Positions 9,210 to 18,466 of a stretch of 64,000 nucleotides of DNA are shown here, piece after piece (position 1 is the first letter of the stretch; the number at the start of each line of letters is the position of its first letter). A program made the position numbers and the translations under genes. The stretch is from Terracidiphilus sp. (GTDB lineage Bacteria > Acidobacteriota > Terriglobia > Terriglobales > Acidobacteriaceae). The notes under the pieces were generated by a model. The model was given only the letters and a program-made list of their open reading frames with translations, searched no databases and was not told the origin of the DNA. The DNA is taken from contig DATJEO010000212.1 of the NCBI GenBank assembly GCA_035496515.1, positions 1,701 to 65,700 on the forward strand. The letters run 5' to 3'.

Positions 9210-10102
9210 TTTTGCGTCTCGAGGAAAGCAGTCACGTTGTGCATATCGTCGTTTGCCAGGGTAAGCAGCATCTCCTCGTGGGCGGCGAGCGGATCGTGCA
9301 GATGCACCTCCACATCCTGTCCCCGATCCACTTTGATCGTCTTGCCCGACTCATCCACCAGCGTTATGCGGAAATCGCTGATTTGTACCACCTTCCCTCT
9401 CAGGATTCCGGCGGAAGTCTTCACCGTTGACGTAATCGCACTTTTGCCTGCCGGCCATATCCAATTTCGTTGTAGTTGCTCCGGCGATCGAAACCTGCTC
9501 GCGATGTGCGTGAACGTCGTCTCTGAGTGGCACTGCATGCAGTGCTTATCTACATACGCCTTTCCCTTGCCGGCGTCTCCCACCACGATGTTGAGTACTT
9601 CGTATGCTCCCCGATTCGCGACATTCTCCACCTGGACGTGAAGAAACTCTGCGACGTCTCTCAGTTGCTGTTCGCCCATTCTCGTGAATGCCGGCATGCC
9701 TTTATCCGGACGGCCAGTTTTCAGGAAGGCGGCAAGGTGTTCACCGTGATCATCTCCCAGCACTACGTCCGACGTGATCAAGCCCGGTCCACTCGCCCCG
9801 CGGGCATTCGCTCCATGGCAAAATGCGCAGCGTTGGGCGAAGAGCCGTTTGCCCCTCCCCGCCGCGACTTTATCCGGCACTGCTCCAAGGCCCAGGAACT
9901 CGCGCGTGGCCTCCGCTCTTTGAGACGGCGTCATGTCCTTGTAGCTCCGCTGCTCAATGCCCTCTTGGCTCCCGGTCCGGTTCTGCTGCGCCCCGAGCAG
10001 AGCCGCGCACCCTGCGGCAACACCCATTACTCTCCATGTCCAGTCGCGCACCTTGCGTTTAACTTTTGCGGTCATCCAGCGCCGAAGCCTCTCCACACGC
10101 AT
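9206..10102 (-). CDS. Periplasmic di-heme cytochrome c
   Basis: Two CxxCH motifs (CAFCH, CMQCH), GMPAF distal Met, signal-like N-terminus; exact start uncertain. Confidence 0.85.
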   Translation of the reverse strand: MRVERLRRWMTAKVKRKVRDWTWRVMGVAAGCAALLGAQQNRTGSQEGIEQRSYKDMTPSQRAEATREFLGLGAVPDKVAAGRGKRLFAQRCAFCHGANARGASGPGLITSDVVLGDDHGEHLAAFLKTGRPDKGMPAFTRMGEQQLRDVAEFLHVQVENVANRGAYEVLNIVVGDAGKGKAYVDKHCMQCHSETTFTHIASRFRSPEQLQRNWIWPAGKSAITSTVKTSAGILRGKVVQISDFRITLVDESGKTIKVDRGQDVEVHLHDPLAAHEEMLLTLANDDMHNVTAFLETQK

Positions 10103-10179
10103 GTAATCCCAGGACCGTTTCCGCTGGCCTCCGACCGAGCTCTCGTTCGGGGTCCAGGCGGTTCGATCAGATGAAACGC

Positions 10180-10208
10180 AGTATACAGATCAGCAATGCG
10201 CCAGTCAG
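10180..10208 (-). promoter_or_regulatory. Sigma70-like promoter for cytochrome c-quinoprotein-MFS-SDR operon
   Basis: Minus strand CTGACT-N17-TATACT. Confidence 0.45.
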
Positions 10209-10266
10209 ACCGGCGTACACTCCAACGAAACTCCATGGTCCGACTCAAGAGAAGCACAGCGTGCCC

Positions 10267-12552
10267 TCACTTCCGGCCTTCGCCTCGCGTGCGCGGAAAT
10301 GCCTGTGCGAGATATGCCCGGATCGTCTCCAGTTCGGTCGCAGACGCTGAAGCCCCTTTAGCCGACATCGTCTGCACAACGTTCGTCCATTCGCGCGGAC
10401 TCAGTCGTTCATTCGTGATCAAGTCCAGGCCGTGACATGTGGAGCACGCGCGAATCGTGATGTCTCGCCCCGCTCCCGGCGGCAGCAAAGCAGCCTGACG
10501 GCGAAGCAGGGCTGCGCGTCGCGGATCCTGCCGCTCCGCGGTGCCTTTTGGCGCGGGGCCCGCAATTGCATCGTGAAATGCGGCCGGATCGGGGCTTGCC
10601 TGAGTGATAATAGGTTCCGTTCCTCGCTCGTCGTCCAGTTTGAACACAATCAGTTCATCGCTGAGCAGCGGAGCTCGTAGCAGTCCTCCGCCGGTTGCCA
10701 CAATCGCCACGTATTGTGTGCCGTGTTCGTCGGCATATGTGATCGGAATTGATTCGGCGGAAGCGGGCAGACGGTACGTCCACACTTCCTGCCCGGTCTT
10801 CGTGTTGAAGGCCCGGAATCGGGCATCGTCCGTTGCACCGATGAACGTCAGGCCGCCAGCCGTGGATATCGGGCCGCCGAGCCCCGGACGACCGGTGTGC
10901 TGCTTCCCGGCAGGGAAGCTATCAGTGACGCCCAGGGTCGATCGCCATGCGATCTCGCCGCTGTTCACATCTACCGCCACCAGTTCTCCCCATGGAGGCT
11001 CCGTACAGGGCAGGTGCTTCTCTGGATTCCAGAAACGGGCCACTCCTGCAAACTGCCCCGAGTTGGTGTAGCCTCCGCTTGGATCGGGAACGATACGCAT
11101 CGGCTGGCCAAGATTATTCACGTTGACAATGAAAAGTGAGAGTTCCGGATCAAACGTACCGCCCGAATAGTTCACGCCTCCATGGGTCCCCGGCAGGTTC
11201 ACCGAGTAGCGATTGAAGGCTGGCGGGGTATAAGGCTCTTTTGCCAGCAGCATATGGTTGTCCTCAACGTAGGACTTGCACCATGCAGCGTGTTCGGGCA
11301 GGTCATGGTAAAGCTGCACCGTCATGGGCGCCAGCGGTTCAGGCCTCTCAGGAAACGGCTGTGTTGGCGACGCATGCTCACCAGGCACCTCACTTGCAGG
11401 CACCGGCTTCTCCACAACCGGAAACAGCGGCTTCCCTGTCACCCGGTCGAGCACGAACATGAGCCCGGTCTTGTTGACGATAACCACTGCGGGAATGTCC
11501 TTGCCATCGCGATGAACATCCACCAGCGTAGGAGGCGCCTCTGTGTCGTAGTCCCAGATGTCGTGGTGCACGGCCTGGAAATACCACAGCAGCTTTCCGC
11601 TCGCGGCATCCACAGCTACGACCGAACTGCCGAACAGATTGTCACCTGGCCGGTCCGTCCCGACGCGATCATAGTTCGGCGCTCCAAATGGCATGTAGAG
11701 AATGCCGCGCTCTTGATCAACGGTCATATATCCCCAGACGTTCACCCCGGAACGCTGCTTCCAACTCTCCCTGCCCCAGCTCTCGTTGCCGGTCTCTCCC
11801 GCACGCGGGACCGAGTGGAACGTCCAAACCAGCTTCCCCGTGTGAATGTCCCACGCGCGCGTATCCCCTGCGGCTCCCAGACCGCCGCCCTTCCCTCCGT
11901 ATCCTTCTCCGGGCCCCGCACCCGTGATCACGAGATTTTTGTAGATCACCGGCGGCGAGGGAAGAATGTAGGGCTCGTCCATCTCGCCGTTCATCACTTC
12001 GGGCGTACGCAGATTGACTGCTCCATCTATTCCGAACGTCAAATTCGGCTTGCCTGTCGCAGCGCTGATGGAATAGAGAAAGCCGTTATTGGTGCCGAAG
12101 AAGAGGGACGCGCCGGTGCTCGCATCTCCAGACCAGTATTCGGCTCCGCGCATTGACGCCTGCGCTGACCGGGGAAGGGCGAAGACCCATTTCTCTTTGC
12201 CGGTTGACGCATCCAGTGCCACAACGCGCCTATAGGGAGTCACGACAAACATGGTGTTCCCCACCACCAGTGGCTGATCTTCCGAGGGGCGCCATGCATG
12301 GTCAGTCACCGCGCCAGCCGGCGCGGGTGGCTTCATATGATAGATCCATGCGACCTTCAGACGGTTCACATTCGCCAACGTGATCTGCGTCAGCGGAGAG
12401 TAGCGCGCCGCTCCGGAATCGAGGTTCACCCGCGGCCATGAGCCCGAGCCGCCGTGGGAGGTAGCCGAGGTGGAGCGCGACCAGACAAAGAGAGCAACTA
12501 ACAAAACAACATGCCTCAACAACCAGGGGAAGCCGGCAGGGGCTCGTTTCAT
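10267..12552 (-). CDS. Glucose/quinate-dehydrogenase-type quinoprotein with C-terminal cytochrome c domain
   Basis: RYSPLTQITLANVNRLKVAW, SGVNVWG, HHDIWDYD, PCTEPPWGEL, GGPISTAGGLTFIGA; C-terminal CSTCH. ATG 12552 after AGGAGG. Confidence 0.88.
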   Translation of the reverse strand: MKRAPAGFPWLLRHVVLLVALFVWSRSTSATSHGGSGSWPRVNLDSGAARYSPLTQITLANVNRLKVAWIYHMKPPAPAGAVTDHAWRPSEDQPLVVGNTMFVVTPYRRVVALDASTGKEKWVFALPRSAQASMRGAEYWSGDASTGASLFFGTNNGFLYSISAATGKPNLTFGIDGAVNLRTPEVMNGEMDEPYILPSPPVIYKNLVITGAGPGEGYGGKGGGLGAAGDTRAWDIHTGKLVWTFHSVPRAGETGNESWGRESWKQRSGVNVWGYMTVDQERGILYMPFGAPNYDRVGTDRPGDNLFGSSVVAVDAASGKLLWYFQAVHHDIWDYDTEAPPTLVDVHRDGKDIPAVVIVNKTGLMFVLDRVTGKPLFPVVEKPVPASEVPGEHASPTQPFPERPEPLAPMTVQLYHDLPEHAAWCKSYVEDNHMLLAKEPYTPPAFNRYSVNLPGTHGGVNYSGGTFDPELSLFIVNVNNLGQPMRIVPDPSGGYTNSGQFAGVARFWNPEKHLPCTEPPWGELVAVDVNSGEIAWRSTLGVTDSFPAGKQHTGRPGLGGPISTAGGLTFIGATDDARFRAFNTKTGQEVWTYRLPASAESIPITYADEHGTQYVAIVATGGGLLRAPLLSDELIVFKLDDERGTEPIITQASPDPAAFHDAIAGPAPKGTAERQDPRRAALLRRQAALLPPGAGRDITIRACSTCHGLDLITNERLSPREWTNVVQTMSAKGASASATELETIRAYLAQAFPRTRGEGRK

Positions 12553-12750
12553 ATCCTCCTCAAGGATCGGGAGCCTAACTCGGTCCACGAAAACCAGGAC
12601 CCAATTTTAGCCATCCGCCGCCGGAGCCGTCGCGGGAACTTTGCGCAGTTCTGGTGCTGGCAATGGGCTGCAGCGTCGCGCGCAGTCCGCTGCCCCAACG
12701 CGCCGTGCATCGTTCCACACAGTGCTTAGGCCGTCTGTGTGGTCATGGTT

Positions 12751-15039
12751 TTACTCCGTCAAGATAAATTCCAGCTTGCCGCCGGCCATCAATCCCTGAT
12801 GAGTCAGCTGATAATTTGTGATTGGCGTGCCGTTTAGGAGGATCCTTGTGACATGGAACTTGCCACGCTCTGCTCCGCGTGCCTCGACGTGAAGGACCTT
12901 GTGATTCGGAAGTGAAACGGTCATCTCGTCAAAGCGCGGTACACCGAGTGTATAGACGGGGATACCGGGCGCTACCTGGTAAAAGCCGAGAGCGCTCATG
13001 ATGTACCAAGCACTCATTTGCCCTGCATCATCGTTCCCCGCAAGCCCTGCTGGGCCGTCGTGATATTGAGTGTCGAGTATCTCACGCACATGCTGCTGCG
13101 TCTTCTCCGGCGCCCCGGCGAGAGCATACAAATACGCGATGTGATGGCTAGGCTCATTTCCGTGGTCATACAAATTGTTGGCGAACAAGTCGTCCAGCTT
13201 CGCTATGAACTTGTTGTTCCCGCCGAGATACTGGATGAGTCCCGCAACGTCCTGCGGAACGAAAAAGGTATAGACCGCAGGTGTCCCCTCAGTGATCCAC
13301 ACCGGCCGCGAAGCGGGATCGAAGGGTGCAACCCAGGATCCATCGGCATAACGCCCACGCGCAAACCCGACGCGCGCATCAATGACATTCCGCCAGTTCT
13401 CACCCCGCTTGGCAAAATCTGCGATATCCTCCTTGTGCCCAAGCGACGCCGCCAGCTTCGAGATCATCGCGTCGTCGTACGCATATTCCAGTGTGCGGGA
13501 CACTTGCTCGTTCTTGTGAAAGGCGTCTACGATCCCGTCTTCGAGCGGTATATAGCCATATTTCAGGTAAGAGTCGAGCGCACGGCGGCCCTTTCCATCG
13601 AGGTACTCGCTGTGATCGGTCGGTTTCTGAGTGGCGTTCTTCCGGATTAGCCGGTAGGCGCTCTCGATGTCGAAGCCACGGAGACCTTTCTGCCAAGCAT
13701 CGGCAATCATCACGGCAGCATGGTCACCGACCATCTCGGACGTGTAACTATTCCAAGCGGGGAAGATCGGCAGGAAACCTCCCTGCTCACCCTTGGTGAT
13801 GATCGACTGCAACATTTCCGACTCGCGTTCCGGTTCCAAAATCATCAACAACGGCGCTTGAGCACGGAATATATCCCAAATAGAGAAGTCATCAAACTGT
13901 GCCCTTCTTGCCTTGACCTTCTCGACAGCACCATGATCGTGAAAACGGGGATATGACCCATCCACGTCGTTGTAGACGCGAGGCTGCAGGAGCGCATGAT
14001 ACATCGCTGTGTAGAAGACCGTTTTCGCAGGATCACTTCCGGCAATCTGAATACGGCTCAGTTCTTCCTGCCAGGCTCTATGAGCCTCATCCTCTACACG
14101 CGTGAAATCCCAATCAGGTATTTCCGCTTGAAGGTTCTTGCGCGCTCCGTCCGCAGACACGAACGAGCTGCCTACGCGAACTGAAATAGTCTCGCCCTTC
14201 CGCACGCGACCGAAATGCAGATACATACCGAAGCCGGGGCGAGGCGATGAAACAGGCGCTGTTGCTGCTGCCTCAGTTGCACCCCCGGTTGACGTCATAA
14301 GCTTGGGAACGACGACGACGCCGACCGGCTTCCCGTCGCCTTCCTGACGTTTCCCACCGTCGCGGGTCGCCTTGCCCACATAGGTTCCGAAAGACGCCAC
14401 CTTGTGATCGAACTTCAGAACAAACCAGGCGCTGAAGCCGGCAGGCTTCCCGGAGCCCGCATACTCTCTGCGAACCGGTACCTGGGCCATCAACTCATCG
14501 CCCTCTGCGTTGATTTGCACTGCACCTTCGCCAGCGCGCGCGTTGTTTTCGAGCACGATCCAAGCGTCGTCAGAGTCCTGCGTAAAAGCAAACCTGAGGA
14601 TACCTGCACGGGTTGTTCCCGCCACCGAAGCCGAAGTGTGCGCATCCGGGAGTTCGACACGGTAGACATACGGAGTTGCGAGCTCAGACGTGTGCTCGAA
14701 TGAAGAAGATCGATCCGTCGCCTCCGTCTTCAACGGCCCCATACCGGGCATCAGCGTGATCGTGCCATAGTCGGGCACAGCACTACCGCTCAAGAAATGA
14801 GTGGCACGGATCCCTTGAATTCGCTTGTCCGTGTAGTAGTACGGTGCAATTGCTTTCGTCTCGCCCGCTCGCGTCTGAGGAGTCCACTGCGTCATTGCAA
14901 ACGGCGGGCCAACGGCGGGGTAGGTCTGCCCTTCATTTTGCGTGCCTGTTCGGGTGTGAACGAGATCTTCCACTCGTTCTTGGCAGAACACTGGACCAAC
15001 AACAGCCGAAAGCAGAACCAACGCAAACAGTGCTTTCAT
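12751..15039 (-). CDS. GH92 alpha-mannosidase
   Basis: Signal peptide; GQTYPAVGPPFAMTQWTPQT, FYTAMYH, VSRTLEYAYDD, HGNEPSHH, GNDDAGQMSAWY. Confidence 0.93.
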   Translation of the reverse strand: MKALFALVLLSAVVGPVFCQERVEDLVHTRTGTQNEGQTYPAVGPPFAMTQWTPQTRAGETKAIAPYYYTDKRIQGIRATHFLSGSAVPDYGTITLMPGMGPLKTEATDRSSSFEHTSELATPYVYRVELPDAHTSASVAGTTRAGILRFAFTQDSDDAWIVLENNARAGEGAVQINAEGDELMAQVPVRREYAGSGKPAGFSAWFVLKFDHKVASFGTYVGKATRDGGKRQEGDGKPVGVVVVPKLMTSTGGATEAAATAPVSSPRPGFGMYLHFGRVRKGETISVRVGSSFVSADGARKNLQAEIPDWDFTRVEDEAHRAWQEELSRIQIAGSDPAKTVFYTAMYHALLQPRVYNDVDGSYPRFHDHGAVEKVKARRAQFDDFSIWDIFRAQAPLLMILEPERESEMLQSIITKGEQGGFLPIFPAWNSYTSEMVGDHAAVMIADAWQKGLRGFDIESAYRLIRKNATQKPTDHSEYLDGKGRRALDSYLKYGYIPLEDGIVDAFHKNEQVSRTLEYAYDDAMISKLAASLGHKEDIADFAKRGENWRNVIDARVGFARGRYADGSWVAPFDPASRPVWITEGTPAVYTFFVPQDVAGLIQYLGGNNKFIAKLDDLFANNLYDHGNEPSHHIAYLYALAGAPEKTQQHVREILDTQYHDGPAGLAGNDDAGQMSAWYIMSALGFYQVAPGIPVYTLGVPRFDEMTVSLPNHKVLHVEARGAERGKFHVTRILLNGTPITNYQLTHQGLMAGGKLEFILTE

Positions 15040-15112
15040 ATATCCATTTTGGCTGAAGTAGGGCGACGAACGAAAGTGGAGCGCAGACGGTTGAGGCGAC
15101 GGCGCGTCAAGT

Positions 15113-17080
15113 CTACTGATGATTCGGCTGCGGGGTAAATAACATCGCGGATCGGCCGACTTCCTTCTGAGTGGTCAATCTCCTTGCAGTATTCAGACCT
15201 CCCGCGCTTAGAATCCCGGCGACGTTGAAATGACGGATGTAATCCGCGTCAGATGTCATATTCGGAAGGTTCTCAACGTTCAGAGAGACCGGAAGATCAG
15301 TAGCCGCGACCGCAAATATCGCCCAGATGCCGGCGTCGCCTCCAGCAAACAGGTCGGCGCCTTGGTTCTCTCTTGAGGCATAGACAATCGCGGTGATGAT
15401 GTCCTGTGAGCGGGCAGCATCAACGCTCACATTGAACGTCAGGAACTTCGGGTATCCTGCAGCTGCATTCGCCAGTTGCTCCTCGTCATCCTTCACCGAA
15501 GCGGCCGCTGCGGATGGGGAAGGTATGTCGCCCGGCCGCAATGCCTTTGCGGTGCCTGTCTGGAAGACATCAATAAGGAGAACAGGTCGGCCCTCTCTTT
15601 CAAGCCGCTTTACCAAATCGGTCTCAAGCGCGGCGGATGATCCCTCTGGATCGACAACAACAGCAGGCTTGCCTCTTCCTTCGATCCAGATCCCCGGCAC
15701 TCGATCGCCCTTGACAGCCCGACTCAGAACGATAGATCGCCCGTGCACATCCGCAGTTACGTCGTGAGGGACATTCACGGCGAGCGTTTGCCTTAGCCTT
15801 TCACGCAGAAATTGCGTTTCGAGGTTCTGCTCATTCTGGCTCTGAGCACGCTTCTTCCAAACGCGGAACAGACCCTCAAGATCGACCGCATCGGCCGGAA
15901 GTGTACGATTCGAGAGCACCGTGAGTTCCTGAAGCATAGGGATAGGGACACTCACTTCGATCAAGGATTTCTCATTGCTCAGACCAGGATGATGCTTAGC
16001 GAGAAAGCGATAGACGGCTTCACGGCTGAGACGGTTGAAATTGTGCTGTGCATCAATTTGGACGACCTCTACTTGATCGCCCTTGCCATAGAGGTCGTAA
16101 ATGCGTTTGATCGCTGGAAATTCTTCATGTGGAACATTACGCGTCCAGTCGCCGGTTGCCGAGACCAAAAGCATTGGTTTCGGCGCGAACATCGCGGCAA
16201 TCTCGACATTGCTCGTGCCTATCCGCAAACCCGGCGCATTTTCGCATAGATCTCCGCCCTGCATGATGGCCGATACCATGTTCACGGGTGCCGAGAATCG
16301 CAACCGATCGTCAATTGCTGCAAGTAAGAACGTCTGAGTGCCGCCACCTGAGGCTCCCACTGCGCCCAAGCGATCGCTGTCTACATCCTCGAGAGATGCG
16401 ATGAAGTCGAGTGCCCGAATTGAGTCCCAGAGCTGCAGCCCCAAGGGCCCGAACGACCAAAGGCGCTGTTCGGCGCTCCCGAACCGATGCGGTACCTGGA
16501 TCGTATCGGTATAGCCCACCATGTCATAGGCGAAAACAACGTATCCCTGACGTGCCAGACTGATTCCCAGCGAAGGGCCGGAATAGACGTCATCGTTTTG
16601 GAGACGGCCGTACGGCCAGTGTCCTTGCGGGTTGAGTATGCCGGGATGTTTACTGCGCCCGTTTTGCGGGCGGTAGAGATTACCCCCGAGATAGAACCCC
16701 GGAAGAGTCTCTATTAATACTTTTTCGATGGTGTAGTCATCTCCCTTGATCCTTCCGAATATCTGCGGATGCAGAGGAGACTTCTCCGGCATCGGAGAAA
16801 GCCCGGCCGACACCAGGATCTGGTTACGGAGAAATGCCTTCCGCTGCTCCCATTCTCTTAAGCTCGCAAAGTGCGGCAAAGGCAGATGCGTATCGGTCGT
16901 GATGATATCGCGATTGCGCGAGTCGTCTTTCGAGACGCCTGGCACTCGCTGCTGCGCGTCCGCGCACATTCCCGGTCCACTACAAAGGAACAGCAGAATT
17001 GCGATTCCGCTGATACTGAGGCGTGCCGGTCTCTTAACGAAACAGATCTGAAGCGGACCAGGGGATTGGGCCTTGCCCAT
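15113..17080 (-). CDS. Secreted alpha/beta-hydrolase (acetylxylan-esterase-like)
   Basis: GNLYRP, GHWxxGR, LQLWDSIRALDF, nucleophile elbow GASGGGTQT, CENAP, GDWT, HNFN. Start uncertain (17080 has AGAAAGG; ORF open to 17230). Confidence 0.8.
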   Translation of the reverse strand: MGKAQSPGPLQICFVKRPARLSISGIAILLFLCSGPGMCADAQQRVPGVSKDDSRNRDIITTDTHLPLPHFASLREWEQRKAFLRNQILVSAGLSPMPEKSPLHPQIFGRIKGDDYTIEKVLIETLPGFYLGGNLYRPQNGRSKHPGILNPQGHWPYGRLQNDDVYSGPSLGISLARQGYVVFAYDMVGYTDTIQVPHRFGSAEQRLWSFGPLGLQLWDSIRALDFIASLEDVDSDRLGAVGASGGGTQTFLLAAIDDRLRFSAPVNMVSAIMQGGDLCENAPGLRIGTSNVEIAAMFAPKPMLLVSATGDWTRNVPHEEFPAIKRIYDLYGKGDQVEVVQIDAQHNFNRLSREAVYRFLAKHHPGLSNEKSLIEVSVPIPMLQELTVLSNRTLPADAVDLEGLFRVWKKRAQSQNEQNLETQFLRERLRQTLAVNVPHDVTADVHGRSIVLSRAVKGDRVPGIWIEGRGKPAVVVDPEGSSAALETDLVKRLEREGRPVLLIDVFQTGTAKALRPGDIPSPSAAAASVKDDEEQLANAAAGYPKFLTFNVSVDAARSQDIITAIVYASRENQGADLFAGGDAGIWAIFAVAATDLPVSLNVENLPNMTSDADYIRHFNVAGILSAGGLNTARRLTTQKEVGRSAMLFTPQPNHQ

Positions 17081-17413
17081 GGTAGTCGCCTTTCTTTCGC
17101 TTGCGTTCGAAGTGATACAAGAGGTCATCATTGTTGTTAGTCCCTTCGACGCCTTCGGGACCGCCTGCCCGTACACACCCGCATTGAGCCAGCTGTTCTT
17201 CACCCCGGTGACCAAGGCGAAAGTGAACATCCTAAACCGGAGCTTTCTGGCCAGTCCTCGTCATGATCAATCAGCTGTCTCCAGATATCGTCATTTATCA
17301 GGCGCTTGCTAGAAGAGCCCGTCTGGCTGTCGCAATTTGTCAAGATACGAGATCATTTCAATGGCCGACCGCCGACCGGCAGCGGGGCACCACCCGCGAT
17401 GCCGTGCACAGTC

Positions 17414-18466
17414 TTACTTTTTATACTCCGAGGCAAATAACTCCGCCTCTCGATTCAGTTCGTCGGACCTCGTTGAGCCGTCGTACAGAACAACCCGGTA
17501 CCGGAACGTCATTGTGTGATCCGTCTCGATCGTGAAATTCAATGCAGGCTGTTTGGGATCAAAGATGCTTCTTCCCAGCGGATTCGCCGCAAACAAGCCA
17601 TATCCGCGTGCGTGCCAATAGGTAGGAAAACCGAGGTTTCCAGGATGATCGAAGATTCCGATCGTCACCGTGTGATCTCCAGTGCGACCGGTGAGAGCGC
17701 ACCATCGGCCCCGCGTCCCCCAAGCGGCATCGCCTTTCACCCCTTCACTGGTGAGATAAATACCGGTCGCGTCCTTCGTATTACCGGCTTCGACGTTTGT
17801 CGGTCTTCCGCTCGCATCGGTAAACACGCCGCCCTTCTCGTCGGGAGATTCAAGCCAATGAGCGACGCGTAGACCCAGCAACCCTTCCTTATCATCGTGA
17901 AACACCACGCGATCGAGTGCTTTCAACGTGATGATCTGATCGATGACGCGTGCGTCTTTTTCCCTAGAGAAGACGTAGCGCGTCGCCTGCTCCAGGATTG
18001 GCTCATTCTGTCCGGTAACCCATGCGGACTCGACGTCAAGTTCTCCGCTGTTCAGTCCGCTGCGAGCGCTCAAGATCTTCTTGAAGACAACATTTCCCAT
18101 CTTGGCGCTGTTCTCTGGTTTGATGGCGTCGGAATTATTCCAAAAGTCAAACCCGTTCACGTTTCCGTAGTTGAACCAGAGCCCCGCGTGATGAGGATGG
18201 TCGACCCGTTCGCCCGGACGTGGTTCGAGTGGATACCCGCGCGTTACTACTACACCGTCACCTGTAACAAGCGGAAAGAGCGTGGGCTTCTTGAGTGTTG
18301 TTGGCCAGATATACGAAGTGAACGGCTTGCCATCAATCGTGATGTCTACCCGGCGTTGCACCTCATTCGCGGTGACCTTCACTCCCTTTACAGAGTCAGA
18401 GGCGAGAACCGCAGGGGCAAGCAGCGCCAATCCTGCGATGGCCGCGGCAAGGCCCATCTTATGCAT
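17414..18466 (-). CDS. Secreted DUF6807 ('PmoA-family'-labelled) protein
   Basis: GKPFTSY, TRGYP, DHPHHAGLWF, WHARGYGLFAANP; start overlaps the upstream stop (ATGCATAA). Confidence 0.75.
   Translation of the reverse strand: MHKMGLAAAIAGLALLAPAVLASDSVKGVKVTANEVQRRVDITIDGKPFTSYIWPTTLKKPTLFPLVTGDGVVVTRGYPLEPRPGERVDHPHHAGLWFNYGNVNGFDFWNNSDAIKPENSAKMGNVVFKKILSARSGLNSGELDVESAWVTGQNEPILEQATRYVFSREKDARVIDQIITLKALDRVVFHDDKEGLLGLRVAHWLESPDEKGGVFTDASGRPTNVEAGNTKDATGIYLTSEGVKGDAAWGTRGRWCALTGRTGDHTVTIGIFDHPGNLGFPTYWHARGYGLFAANPLGRSIFDPKQPALNFTIETDHTMTFRYRVVLYDGSTRSDELNREAELFASEYKK

Noticed and set aside
17414-18466. Methane monooxygenase implied by the 'PmoA family' label
   Set aside because: Soluble secreted protein with no multi-TM pattern and no pmoB/pmoC nearby.
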